64,000 bases of DNA from Octopus bimaculoides (lineage: Eukaryota): the NCBI RefSeq assembly GCF_001194135.2, contig NC_068986.1:63496700-63560699 (forward strand). The letters run 5' to 3'. Below the pieces are notes generated by a model that was not told where the DNA came from, did not search any database, and saw only the letters and a program-made list of their open reading frames with translations. Positions 51,061 to 64,000 of this stretch are shown here, in pieces. Position 1 is the first letter of the stretch, and each line of letters opens with the position of its first letter. The position numbers and the translations under genes were made by a program.

Positions 51061-51379
51061 TAATAATGATGGTCACTCCCATTAATTTCAATGTTTGATT
51101 GCTTGAAGGAGAGAATTTAAAGAAATACAAAGCAAGAAAGAGAAAAAAATGTGAGAAAAAGAAAAAAACAACTTTAAAAATAAAAGAATAAAAGAAGCTG
51201 CACCTATTTGTGATGGATGCATTAATGTAATTTGAGTCCAGGTATGGATTTTGCTATGAAATCACAATGGGGACACTGATAATTTTGATTTTGCTTGGGA
51301 GTGGGCAAACATGTCTGTTGATTGCAAGATAAAATTCTTTTATTGTTCTGTTTCTTTAACTCAAATTGTTTTGATGCAT

Positions 51380-52960
51380 CTTGACACATTTTACACCATG
51401 CAGATCGATCTAGGTAACGATTTTCCCCAAGATGTCAGTTTAAGCTGTAAAGACTTTAGTAATTGCTTCAACTTATCCTTCAACTTATGCCTAAGGACAG
51501 GTCTTCCTTTCTGCAGTATCCCTCTACTTGTTAATCATACAAAAGAACTTACGGAAAGCAGTGACCTTTCATTTGAACAACATGTTCTACCCATCTGCAC
51601 TGAATTCTCAGCAGCATGCTTTTGATACTGGAGATATCACATTTTTCTAAGATTTTGCCATTTTGCCATTTTATTTTGCAGACAGCACATGTGAAATGTT
51701 TCTAGTTTCTTTATATGTCTGTAAGGGAGTCCATGCTTCTGCTCCATACAAATGTGTGCTCAAAATATAAGATTTGTATACACTTATTTTAGTTTTCAAA
51801 CTGACACCATGTTCATCTCACAAACAATGGAAGTGGCCTTAGATATTCTAACATTGGTTTTGTCATCAAGAGTACTTTTAAAGTTAACTGCACCTTCAAG
51901 ATATTTTAATGACCTGGTCCATTTAATTAGTTTGTAGCCAATTAATACATTTGAACCTTGAGTATATTCTGTGTCAGGCTTTGATTGAAACAAAATTTCA
52001 GTTTTCTTGATGCTGATAGTTCAAATACCTGAGCTGCCACAGCAAACTTGTTGATTGTTACTTGAATTCCTTCAAATGTATGAGAAATCAAAGTGTAGTC
52101 ATCAGCAAAGAAAAAGTCACATAAAATCTCTTCCTTGGTCTTTTTCTTTGATCTGAAACTTTGCCCTTTTAGATTTAGTAAACTTCCCTCTGTGCAAAAC
52201 TGAAACTTTACATCTTTGTGGTAATTCCTAAAAGCATGTTAGAGTATCATTGAAAAGAATATAGAAAAAAGTATAGGAGCTAAAACACAACCCTGTTTGA
52301 TTCCAGTGGCAACAGAAAATGCCTCTGAACATTGGCTGCTAGATATCACTACTCTTATCATTTTATCAGGAAGACTAACTTTTGACAAAATTTTCTAGAG
52401 TGCCTCACAACTCACTATATCGAAGGCCTTGGTCAATTCAACAAAGACCATGTACAAGACAGTATTTTGCTCATGTGGTTTTTCTTGAACTTGCTGAAAG
52501 GAAGAAATCATATCAATTGTGCCTCTCCCAGTCTGAAATCCACATTGGGGTTCAGAATATATGCTGCTTATTGATACGGTTAAAGATTACCCTTACAAGA
52601 ATTTTTCTAGTTATGCACAACAAACTTATTACCCTGTGATTATCACATACACTCTTCTTTCCTGCGTTTTTGCACAAGTGCATTATAGATGCATCTTTGA
52701 ACTGTTGGGGAACAGATCCAGTTTCCCAGATCAAACAGATCAATTTGCACAGCTTTCTTACAAATTGTCTACTATCATGCTTGTACACTTCTCTGGGAAT
52801 ACTGTCTTGAACAGGAGCATTTCCATTGGAATTTTTTTTTAATAGCATTACTTAGCTCTTCCAAGGAAGGATCTCCTGCAAGTTCCTCAATTACAGGCCT
52901 CTCAAGGATTTCATTGATCACTTCAGGATTGGTGGTGGATTCTTGATTTAATATGCAGTT
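51380..52960 (-). mobile_element. RTE-BovB-like LINE RT fragment
   Basis: APVQDSIPREVYK...VPQQFKDASIMHL...CDNHRVISLL; GIKQGCVLAPILF; FFADDYTL; YLEGAVN. Confidence 0.85.
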
Positions 52961-52974
52961 CAATGCAAAATAAT

Positions 52975-53329
52975 TTCAAGTACTGCGCTACAAGGCCGCA
53001 AGTACCTTCCAACTGGCATACACAGGACCTGGAGGTACTGCAATCCCAGAACCACAAACAGTAAGAGACCTGGGCATCAACATGTGTAGTGATGCATCAT
53101 TTCACATGCACATTGTCAAGTTGACAGCAAAGTGCAGACAACTGGCAGGGTGGATACTGAGGACATTCCAAACAAGGGATCAAAAAGTCATGTTGACTCT
53201 GTGGAAGACATTTGTTCTGAGCCGCCTAGACTATTGCTCTCAGTTGTGGTCACCACACAGTGTCAAGCGGACAGCAGAACTCGAGGCAATTCAGTGTCAC
53301 TATACAAAAAGGATCGCCACAGTCCAACA
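52975..53329 (+). mobile_element. CR1/L2-group LINE RT C-terminal fragment, cut by gap
   Basis: RQLAGWILRTF...LTLWKTFVLSRLDYCSQLWSPH...ELEAIQ..YTKRI. Confidence 0.8.
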
Positions 53330-54052
53330 NNNNNNNNNNNNNNNNNNNNNNNNNNNNNNNNNNNNNNNNNNNNNNNNNNNNNNNNNNNNNNNNNNNNNNN
53401 NNNNNNNNNNNNNNNNNNNNNNNNNNNNNNNNNNNNNNNNNNNNNNNNNNNNNNNNNNNNNNNNNNNNNNNNNNNNNNNNNNNNNNNNNNNNNNNNNNNN
53501 NNNNNNNNNNNNNNNNNNNNNNNNNNNNNNNNNNNNNNNNNNNNNNNNNNNNNNNNNNNNNNNNNNNNNNNNNNNNNNNNNNNNNNNNNNNNNNNNNNNN
53601 NNNNNNNNNNNNNNNNNNNNNNNNNNNNNNNNNNNNNNNNNNNNNNNNNNNNNNNNNNNNNNNNNNNNNNNNNNNNNNNNNNNNNNNNNNNNNNNNNNNN
53701 NNNNNNNNNNNNNNNNNNNNNNNNNNNNNNNNNNNNNNNNNNNNNNNNNNNNNNNNNNNNNNNNNNNNNNNNNNNNNNNNNNNNNNNNNNNNNNNNNNNN
53801 NNNNNNNNNNNNNNNNNNNNNNNNNNNNNNNNNNNNNNNNNNNNNNNNNNNNNNNNNNNNNNNNNNNNNNNNNNNNNNNNNNNNNNNNNNNNNNNNNNNN
53901 NNNNNNNNNNNNNNNNNNNNNNNNNNNNNNNNNNNNNNNNNNNNNNNNNNNNNNNNNNNNNNNNNNNNNNNNNNNNNNNNNNNNNNNNNNNNNNNNNNNN
54001 NNNNNNNNNNNNNNNNNNNNNNNNNNNNNNNNNNNNNNNNNNNNNNNNNNNN
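53330..54052. other. assembly gap (723 N)
   Basis: N run. Confidence 1.
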
Positions 54053-54349
54053 GTTATTTTTCTATCAATAATTAAAAACAGAACAAGGTGAGTTGGTTCT
54101 TTCTAACGCCAAGGTCAGTGCTCTCATTGATTGCTAGTAGTAGTAAACACATTTGACCGCTGCTGACTGCAAGGGTGTGATGCTTTTTTTGTCTTCTGAT
54201 CATACAGAAATGCAAAGCTCCATTGCTGGTCTCCTCATCATCTGCTGAACTTATTTACAGACCAGTGGAATTTGGTCTATTTACCAAGCTGCTTCTCTTT
54301 CTCCTACTATCTCCTCCAACCCTCACATATTTATGATTATCTCAAGTAC

Positions 54350-54545
54350 TAGACAAAAGTCAAAACTAAACAACATTTAATAATACCACACAGTAGTTGG
54401 AGCAAAGATAGCATCTCGAGATGGTTTCAATACCAATGATTGTAGGAGCACTTGGAATGGTTAAAAAGGAACTGAAAATTATTTGAGAATGATCCCTGAA
54501 TTGCCACCCATGCAGGAAGACGTATTGAGAAGAACATTGTCACTG
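54350..54545 (+). mobile_element. R4/Dong-type LINE 3' fragment
   Basis: IPMIVGALGMVKKG..NYLRMIP remnant. Confidence 0.55.
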
Positions 54546-57054
54546 TGAATTTTCTTTCCTTTTTTGCCCTTTGTATTATTTTATTTATTTTCTTTGTTTA
54601 CTTTTATATTTTATATTTTTCTTTTTCTGTTTTTCTTCCCTTTTTTTCTATCACATGATTTCATAAATGAACAATCTGGTGTGATTATTTTAATGGCCTA
54701 CAAATGTATACAGTGTGTTTCTCTGCCCTAGATGTCAGGAAGGCACTTGGCAAGAAAAGGAAACAGAATTGAACGATGATAATGAAAGTGATAACAATAG
54801 TGATTGTATATGAGTAATCTCAAGTTGTATGTTGCAAACGATAACCAACTGAAAACACTACTACAGGTAGTACTTGAATTTATCAAAGAAATGAATATGA
54901 GATTCAGCTTAGAATTTAGAGAAAAATTATTTAGCAAATAATTAAAGCTGTGTTATATTTCATGTCAATCTTGTTACTCAATCTACCCATCTCTCTACTT
55001 CATATCACTTTTGTTGTATCCAACTCCACTAGACCCAGCACTGATCAATTAACCAATAAGAGTAGTTCTTCCTTCCCAGAATTTTTGCCTTCTGGAATTC
55101 CCTTTTTGTTGGTATCTTTCCTATAGGGTTGAATTAGAAAAGTTCAAGAGGAGTATGAATAGCATCAGTCTCACCAGTCAAAAAGAGCCTGCAAAGGCTA
55201 TGGGTACTGCCTCTCCTTTCTTCTAGACCCAGCAAGCAAAAAAGAAAAATACATCCCCTTCCAAGGTTAATCATATGGTTGTAAAAGGTAGTACCTCTCA
55301 TTTGTAGTTTCTTCTTTATCATATTTTAGCTAGAATATCTAAGTAAGTCCTACATGTGCTGAAACTGCTGGCTGGAAGTCTTGGAAGGGATACACAGTTT
55401 GTTTCAGTCAGCAATAATACTGAAATAGATCTAAAGATTCAGTCTTCACTGTCTTTTTTGTTTGCTTTAGACATTACAACTAAGACCACATAGGAACACA
55501 GCACAGTGATAATATTAATTTTAAATCTAACTCTTTAATATTTTTACTTTCCCTTAACAATAACTACATTTTTATCTAATATCTCAGATTTCTTTTCATA
55601 ACATTACTTCTTACCTTCATTTTCAGGCTCTTTCATTGTTCTGATTTCTCATTTCATTTTCCTGAAATCACAGTTCATTTTTTTTAAATTTTATATTCTA
55701 TTTTCGGAAAATCACCTCCATTTTGTATTTTGTTTTATACTTTATATTTCACATTCCTCCTTCTACCAACAACCTTCCTTTCTTTTGAACCAACAAGGGG
55801 TTCTCTACATAGTTACTTAATTTGCCAGAAATAGCAGCCAAATTTTTCTCAACTTATACTTCACTGATTTTTAAAAAATTGAAAGACACATTTGACAATG
55901 CACACTAAGATGAACTATGTCTAAATACCAAAGATAAGCTAGTCAAATTTCTACTTCTACCAATAATCTTCTCTTGAACCAATTAGAAAGAACAGCCAAA
56001 TCACTTTCAACTCACACTCCACAGTCTTTAAAAGGGGGAAGGACACTTTGGATAATGTAGTCCTAGATAAGCAATATCTAAAAAAAAAAAGACAAGATGG
56101 TCATAACTGGAACACCAGTTAAATTATCTTTTAAAAAAAATCAAGATTTCTGAAGTTTACATGATTTGTCCAGTTGCCTTTGTGTTATAGATCTGCTTAA
56201 TAAGAATGTTGACTAGACTATGGCAACAACAGGAATAATGAAGATGATGGTGACAGTGACTTCTCTTATTTTTCATACTACTACTCATATGAGTTTTATT
56301 ACACAGATTCTGAATTGTAATCCTATTGTAGACATTTGTCTCATATTTCACATTCCACAAAAGATATAATTTATTCTACAGTAGCAAGGCCCAACACAGA
56401 CAAGAGAAATATGATACATGCAAGTTAAGTTTGCAGTTTAGTTTGAATTCATAGTTGTAGTCATCTTACTTTGCTTACATGACAATGCTCTTTGGTGGTA
56501 AAAAAAGTTTTAGATCTTTAGCCTGTTGACTGTCATTGAAATTTTCTGGTATGTAGATTAAATGAAATGAAATTAAATGGATCACCTTTGAATCAAGTGT
56601 GCAGTTTGTTGAAAACTTACTCCACTTCTACAGGGATCATTCTTGTTGCATGGCCATCAGACATTATTTCCCAACTGTTTAATTTGCACTTTCTATTTGG
56701 AACTATGTAAAGATAAGAAGAACATTACCAAACAATTATGCTATACTATTATCTTTGAAAAAGGCATGAAAATTATGCTAGCTTATTCGCCTAACCCATA
56801 AATGTATGGTCTAGTGTGGTACCAAAGTAAGAAATCAATACTGGAGAGCTATTGCTAGGCAATCTTCTGAAAAACTGCTTATTTATTTTATGAGTTCTGA
56901 CTCATGAAACATTCTCTGACCTATCATCATCCATAAACTATCAGCTTCTCCATACTTTTCATACATTTTACAAATCATTTTGACTCTCCACCTCTACATT
57001 TATCTTATCTAGTTAATAGTATGTCTATTTTTCTTACTGTATACATGTGTATAT

Positions 57055-57400
57055 GTGTGTGTGGTGTGTGGTGTGTGGTGTGTGGTGTGTGGTGTGTGGT
57101 GTGTGTGTGTGTGTGTGTGTGTGTGCGCATGTGGCCTAGTGGTTAGAGTGTTGCACTTACAATTGCAAGATTGTGGTTTCAATTCTACACTATTGGAGTG
57201 TTGTGTTCTTGAGCAAAAAACACTTCATTTTGTGTTGCTCCAGTTCACTCCACTGTAAATGAGTGACCCTGCAACAGGCTGATGTTCTGTTCAGGGGTAA
57301 TGTTGGCCTTCCTGCCTGCCTAGCCAGAAGGGTGGCATCATTTGAAAACTAAAACAGTGCAAGGAAGTGCATTATGTACAATAACATCCAATAGCCTAGT
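57055..57400 (+). mobile_element. (TGTGG)n/(TG)n tract followed by a tRNA-derived SINE
   Basis: A box TGGCCTAGTGG, B-box-like GGTTTCAATTC, then CTTGAGCAAAAAACACTT core. Confidence 0.65.
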
Positions 57401-58141
57401 CAAAACTGTAATACAGTGATGTATACAGAGTGGTGCAAAAGTCACACCAGTAAAATAACCACTTCTCTTATAAAAAAAAAAACCACATCCTACACCCATA
57501 AATCTTCAGCAGATCTGAGACCGAAAATGACCTAGGTCAAAAGACCAAACCCTTAAAGAGGTCACAAATAGCTAGAGCCCACCCACCCACAAATACACAT
57601 ACATACAGTCACATAGGTGTATACACACACACGTACACACACACAAGCTCATCATTTAATCTTGCCCTTTCCCCCTCTTCTAAGGAAACACACATCTACA
57701 TACATACATACAAGCATGCATACACACAGGCATAAGACAAATTCTCAGATAGATTCAGAGCAGACACCTTGCAGACATTAGAATGAGAGGGGAAGTTGCT
57801 ACGTCACTGAAGCGGTCGAAAACAGTGGTGATAGAACTTTGACTAACAACTGATTGATTTGTTTAACCAGCACATTAAACAAACAATCAGTCAGTGAGTT
57901 GGTTAGATATTTAACTAATTGAGTAACAATAAAAAAAGAGGAAGTGAGCATGTGTTATCATTATTGATGTAATGACTCTCCCAAGACACAAAGTTTATTT
58001 ATTCACACGAATCCATGTTAAGAATCCTGCAAACAGAGAGAGAGAGAGAGATAGAGAGAGAGAAAAAGAGTGAGTGAGTGAGTGAGTGAGTGAGTGAGTG
58101 AGTGAGTGAGTGAGTGAGTGTGTGTGTGTGTGTAGATAGAT

Positions 58142-58956
58142 TGTATCAGTTGAAATAAGTTAAAACGTGGTCTGGTTTTTCGCGTTTTTTACTATGGTAT
58201 TTCAACATTGAAAAGAATTTTTTAATGCTGATAAAGTTAAATTAGTGCTTTCATATATATTGTAATCATCAAATTTCAAATGCGTTTAGTTGGCAGTTGA
58301 GTTCTTGGCAACTTTAGTACCTCTTAGAACCCTCCAACAAGCTGGATTTTTAGAATACCTTTTTGATCAATCTGCATGCATCTTAAACATCACTGTTTGT
58401 CAGGTGTACTGATATTCTGTAACTTGTTTATATTTACATGCTAGAGGTATTTTTCAATCCACATCATTAACTGGTTGTTATAGTATTGCTGTTATTTGTT
58501 CAGAACAGGTTTGAACATTTTAATAAACTGTTTTTCTTTTATCTGTCTTCCAACCTCACTTGTGTCACATAGTTTGTGGAAAGGAAAAATTAGAAGCATT
58601 TTCTGACCACATGTCTCTATATGTTCGCTCATTGGAATTTGGCAAACAAAAATGATGTAGATTGAAAAATATCTCTAGTATATAAATATAAACAAGTTAC
58701 CAAATATTGGTACACCTGGCAAACCATGATGCATGCAGTTTGGTCAAAAAGGTATTCTAAAAATTCGGCTTGTTGGAGCATTCTAAGAGGTACTAAAAGT
58801 GTCCAGAACTCAACTGTCAGTTAAACACATTTGAAATTTGATGATTACACTATGTATGAAAGTGCTAACTTAATTTTATGAGCATAACAAAATATTTTTA
58901 ATACCATAAAAAGAACGTGAAAATCAGACCATGTTTTTAATTTTATTCAACTGACA
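58142..58956. mobile_element. foldback/long-TIR MITE (arms ~327 and ~306 bp)
   Basis: 58142-58468 is the reverse complement of 58651-58956; termini TGT(AT)CAGTTGAA...TTCAACTGACA; flanked by GAGT/TG and GA microsatellites. Confidence 0.85.
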
Positions 58957-59099
58957 GAGAGAGAGAGAAGGGGCAGAAAGAGAGGAAACAGCATCCACTA
59001 GTCTCACAAGACCATGGATCTACACCTGGAATATCTTGTTTTGTCCTAGCAGAACAGCATTTGCTATGACTAAAGAGATCCATAAGTGAGGGGCAGTTA

Positions 59100-60180
59100 T
59101 GACTGTAGTATCTACACTTGAAGGTATGATCCCCAAGTCTTGTCTTGGTGCTGCATATTTTTGTATATGCTTTTCTTCATCAGCAATCATCATTCTCTCC
59201 TCTCATCTTTTTGAATCCTTGCCTGGTTCCTATCTCCAATGGAAGCAATTATCAACGATGTCCTCCAACTTTTCAACATTTACATAAAAAGACTTTATGT
59301 CACTTATGCAAACATCTTTGAAATGAAGAAAGGGTCATGCTTGTGTTCACTTGCCAGAGGCCTATTCACTTTCAATATCCTTCCATCTGACATGCAGCGG
59401 ACATGGCCCAGCCAGTGGAGGTGTTGTAGTCTTGGTGGGATAAGAAGGCTGGGTATTTTCATGCAAACCAGCATCATTATTGGTAACTCAGTCAGTCCGT
59501 TTGATGTTTAGAGTCTGTCTCTGACTGCATACTTGGAAGGCATTGAAGAGCTTTTCCTGTCTGAAGTAGATGCTTCAGGTTGCACTGCCATAGAGCAGCA
59601 TGCTGAAATCACAACCTTGGTACGCATTGTTACTTTGTCAACCAAGCTAGAGGTGAGGCAACTCATCCAGTATGTCACTTCATTTCAGACTCTAAGAAAA
59701 GGTTGTCCGTAATGTTGGAGCTGGAGTATGTAAACTCATGGACTACTTCTAACTGACAGCCGCTAATGAAGCTATACCTTGGCCCAACACTTACCTTATT
59801 CAGAGAAATGGTCAAGTTGACATCCTGAAAGGTTCTTGTGAAACTGTGCATGAGGTTCTGCAGTTGTTCTTCTGAGTGTGTTGCCAGTGCATCAGCATCT
59901 GCAAACAGCATGTTCCTGATGAATACTTTGTGTACTTTGGTTTGCATCTTCAGTCAAGATAGACTGAACAGTTTGCCATTTGATCTTATGAGATGTCAAG
60001 CATCATCAATTGATGTTCCAAAAGTATGGATTAGCATGACAGCAAAGCAGATGTCAAACAGAGTAGAGGCCAGCATGCAGCCCTGTTCCAGTCCACTATG
60101 AATACTGAAAGGTTCTGGGGAAGAGCCATCCAACTAAATGATGCTTTTCATGTCTGTGTTTGACAAGATCCAACAGTTCA
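59100..60180 (-). mobile_element. RTE-BovB-like LINE RT fragment
   Basis: GLEQGCMLASTLF; MLFADADALATHSEEQLQNLM; VHEFTY; RLRWLGHV-type region near 59400. Confidence 0.85.
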
Positions 60181-61199
60181 GAGGATTGCATCAAGTTCCA
60201 ATTTTTGCTTTGGCATGATTTCTTTGACTGGATGCCCTTCTCAATGCTAAACACTTCACAGTGTGTACTAGGTGCTTTATTGTGTGACCAGTACTAGTGA
60301 GGGTGCCAAATTAGCTACAACGATGGGACCCCACTTGACTGAGTGAGGGAGTAGTACTGAGGGATGGGTTTATGCCAAGTGTCTTGCTATAGATGAGACA
60401 CATGGTTACTCCAAAGAGAAAAGGAGAGAAGATGGTGGTGATGAGATGTCAGGATGTACCATCAAAGTACAAAAGGGTGAATATGAAATGGATAATGGTG
60501 CAGGAACAGGCATGGTGGGCAGGTAAGTTTACAAGAGTGTGAGGAGAACAACAGATAATCAGAGGTAGAGATAAGGGTAAATGTAGCGAATGGAAAACAG
60601 GGGAGAAAGAATGGTCAAAGGTGAATATTGGTTGGCAGGGAAGATGAAGGAAAAAAGAGTGGGCCAGCAGGGAGGAGATTGGTAGCAATAGAAAAAATGT
60701 GGGATGGAGGACAGTATTGTATTAAAACTGTATAGACCAGAAATAGGGAGATGATGTGAAGTGTGAATAGAGAGCTAAGGCTGTACAGTAGAGATAGAAG
60801 CAGAGCTCAGAGATATGTAGGGGTGAATACAGAGAATGATGAACAGGGGTGACAGGACATTGATGACTGATATGTTCAATGGAAAAGGTATTGGTAAGGG
60901 ATGATGCTAAGAATGCAGGTTGGGTGACATGGGAAGGTGGCCCTCAAGGAGAGGGGAAATTGCTAGCACAAAAAAGTGTAGGAAATCAAAATGTACATCT
61001 TTGTTGTCATTTAATTATAGTAACTGAATAAATAGTGCTGTGTTAAAAGAGTAATGGAGGGATGGATGTCAGGAATATGAATTATAGGAATGGCTTGACA
61101 GGAACAGATTGCATCCAGTGGCATCAACAAAATTATATGTTTTAGAGCCTCCTTTTTGCCAAAGTAGCTGGGTCATCTCAAACACAGTGAATCATTAAT

Positions 61200-62870
61200 C
61201 ATCTCAATCTTTTGTCATCTCTTCTGTGTGGTTCAACATTCTGAGATCATCCCAAATCTTGGATTTCCCTCTTCTACAGGTCTCATTCACATTTAGAGAT
61301 CAGCACTTCTTTATACACCTGTCCTCAATCATATATATCACATGATTAAACCATCACAGTCTCTCTTGCACACTACATCTGATGCCCCTTATGCCTACTT
61401 TTTCTCTCAGTACATTTGTACATTGATGTTGCACATTCAACAGAGCATACTAGCTTTATTCCTTTCTAATCTTCATGTGTCCTCTGCATTCACAGCTCAT
61501 GTCTCACTCCCATATAGAGTCATCATTCATACACAAGCATCATACAATCTACCTTTCACTCTGAAAGAGAAACATTTGTTACTAACTTCCTCCATCCTGT
61601 TCTTATTTCAGCAACTCTGCTTTTAGAACATCCTCCTCCACTGCTAATTAGGCAACCTATATAACAGAAAATGTTTACAACCTCTAAGGAACCTCCTGAG
61701 CATTCAAGAAAATCTACTTTCCATGAGTTCTTAGTGTTATTGCTTTTGCACATCTATCACAGAGTCCACTCTCTTTGTAAACCTTCCTGTGACTCCACTA
61801 CACCACTCATAAATCCATAGTTTGCAATGAGTACACTGTATAGAATTTCTACCTACTTCTTTCCTACATGCCAAGCAGGGCCATTATTTTGAAAGGAGTA
61901 ACTTTGGTTTTGGTTAAGTTAACTTTAAAGCCCTTTGATTTCAAGTTTTGTCTCCATACATGGAATGTCTTATCTAATTCTACTGCAGGTTCAACTATGA
62001 GAACAAGGTCATCAGCATATGGTAAGTTCCCAAGGGCAACTGGTCTTAAGTTCCACTGTTATAGCCTGGAGGATTATGATGGATTGGAGGGGACTGGGAA
62101 CCAAGCCTTAGTGAACTCCTACCTATATACTAAATCTGTTGCTGTACTCATTACTAACTCTTCTGCTACAGACAGCATCCTTGTACATTGCTTGTATGAC
62201 TCTCACTAGCCATTTGTCAACCCCTAGCTTACTCAGGAACTATCTGATCACAGACTGAAGTACCCTGTCAAAGGCTTTCCTCAGGTCAACAATTCCAAGT
62301 ACAGTAGGTTACTTTTAGCTAAATACTTTTCCTGTAGTTATCTTACTTAGGAGATGGCATCAGTATTACTTCTCCCTAGTACAAAACCAAATTGCATCTC
62401 GTCTGATCTAATTCTCTTCTTAATTAATTGGATTATAACTCTTTCTATAACTTTCATAACCTGGTCCAGGAATTTAATACCTCTGTAGTTACTTCTATGG
62501 CATTTCCTTCACCCTTATATTAGTTGACTATGATGCTGCTACACCAGTCATAGGGTGCAACACCTTCCTGTACAACCTAGTTAACTATCCTACACTGTTA
62601 TATAATTTAAGCATCACAGTAGCAATTCCTGATGGTCCAGGAGTTTCCTTGCTTTCATATCCTTAATTGTCCTATCATAGCTGGTCCCTTTATTGGGGCT
62701 ACCTTCCATGCATTCTCCACATTTAATAGCCTTTCATAGTAACTCTTTCATGCTCTTTCTTTAAAGAATTACTGAGTACAAGTGTACCTTTATTCATCTG
62801 CACACACTCTTCTCACCCACAACATTGTCTGCCTCTTCTGATCCTCATGCTATAGAACAGTAATAACTTA
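61200..62870 (-). mobile_element. RTE LINE RT fragment
   Basis: LKTSCPWEL.YADDLVL; FCYIGCLISSGGGCSKSRVAEIRTGWRK. Confidence 0.85.
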
Positions 62871-64000
62871 TCTGCAATAATTTAGCTACAGTTATCAACT
62901 TCATATTACTTTGCTACACTCAACAATGAACTGCACTCCTTCATGAAACAGATCTACTTACGAGATGTGATTTGCAACTGAGGTAGGAACACTGCATAAC
63001 ATAAATGGCAAAATTTGAACAATCAATTCTTTGTGTGGTAGGGCACAGCTCTGTAAGCACAGAAGACTACTGCTGTCATAGAAGACACAAACTCGTGAAG
63101 TGATAACTTATCATCAATCCTGTCTAAAATACCGTATTCTTGTTTGGTTGACTATGTTCTCTAAGTGTGTATCTGTTACTATAGCAGTTGTAACAAGGTG
63201 CAGTGTTATTTTCACTAAACAGACATGTGTGTATGCTAATATTATTTTGATATTACTCTACTCTCTACAAGTAATATCTACTTTTTCCCTGAAGAATTCC
63301 CAACATTCCATTCACTGAAAAATTTTTTTTACACATCACTTCATACCAGTATGATTTCATGTCATCAGATTTTGCAATTCTAATTCTTTTTTACAAGCTT
63401 TCTCTAATCTTATTTCTTCAAATGATGTCAATAGTTTTCAGCAACAACTTAAAAGTGTTGAACACTATTCAACAGATTTAGTTTGTACAAGAGTACAAAC
63501 TATTGTATGATGTTGAAGTAGAGTACATTAATTTGCTTTACGTCATCTATAAAGGAAAAGTTACTAATCTCACATTCCATAAACTAACTGGAATCTAAAC
63601 ATATCTTCTCTAAGACTATTTGGGAATTTATCTGGGCTTAAAATCTCCTCCCAAAATTGCCAGCCTGAAAAAATTTAACATTGAGTGAAAGAAGAAAAGG
63701 AAGAGGAAAGGAATAAATTAAATGAATAAATAAAGGAAAGAAAAGGATATAAATGAAGAAAGAAAGAAAGAAAAGGAAGGAAGGAAAACAAGATTGGAAA
63801 AGAAAAGAAAGAGAAAGATAAGGGAGGGAAGAATGAGGAACAAAAACATTAAAAACAATGTCATTTCTTATTACTTTAAAACTGAGCTGTTTCCAAAAGC
63901 CAACTTCCCAAACCATTTTTTTGCGGAAAAACGAGATAAGCTGGACATATCATTTATATACCAGACTACCCCATAAAGCTGCTCCTTTGTAAGAGAAAAC

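Noticed and set aside
53082-54091. three ORFs of 271-329 aa
   Set aside because: Length comes from the N gap; only the first ~80 aa are a LINE fragment.
54088-54207. plus-strand 120-nt intron with good GTGAGT donor and pyrimidine-CAG acceptor
   Set aside because: The upstream exon is lost in the N gap and downstream frames give no recognisable protein.
57121-57195. possible tRNA gene
   Set aside because: A and B boxes are present but there is no complete cloverleaf; it continues into a SINE core, as do the other tRNA-like heads.

Overview
AT-rich, microsatellite-rich eukaryotic DNA. The SINE, MITE and LINE families look like those of octopus (inferred from recalled repeat families, not from a search). 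No intact host protein-coding gene can be called; only a few isolated splice-bounded exon candidates exist, mostly on the minus strand. The window is a stack of decayed mobile elements: four Tc1/mariner relics, a Ty3/Gypsy pol fragment, a near-complete CRE-clade RT+RLE retrotransposon, R4/Dong-type RLE LINE ends, many RTE and RTE-BovB fragments, a CR1/L2-type fragment, an internally deleted Helitron, Penelope-like relics, tRNA-derived SINEs, MITEs and long foldbacks. There are two N gaps. Best observations: (1) a TSD-bounded 1.09-kb retroelement at 36934-38021 encoding only a CCHC zinc-knuckle ORF1-type protein with no RT (HAL1-like architecture), inserted in the tRNA-derived head of a SINE; (2) two decayed minimal type-I hammerhead ribozyme motifs in Penelope-like fragments, one nested in the CRE RT gene; (3) a 130-bp-arm hairpin abutting the CRE 3' end and an 815-bp foldback with arms of about 310-330 bp; (4) head-to-tail SINE arrays built on TAA/ATT tracts. 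Coordinates of decayed repeats are approximate to within tens of bases.
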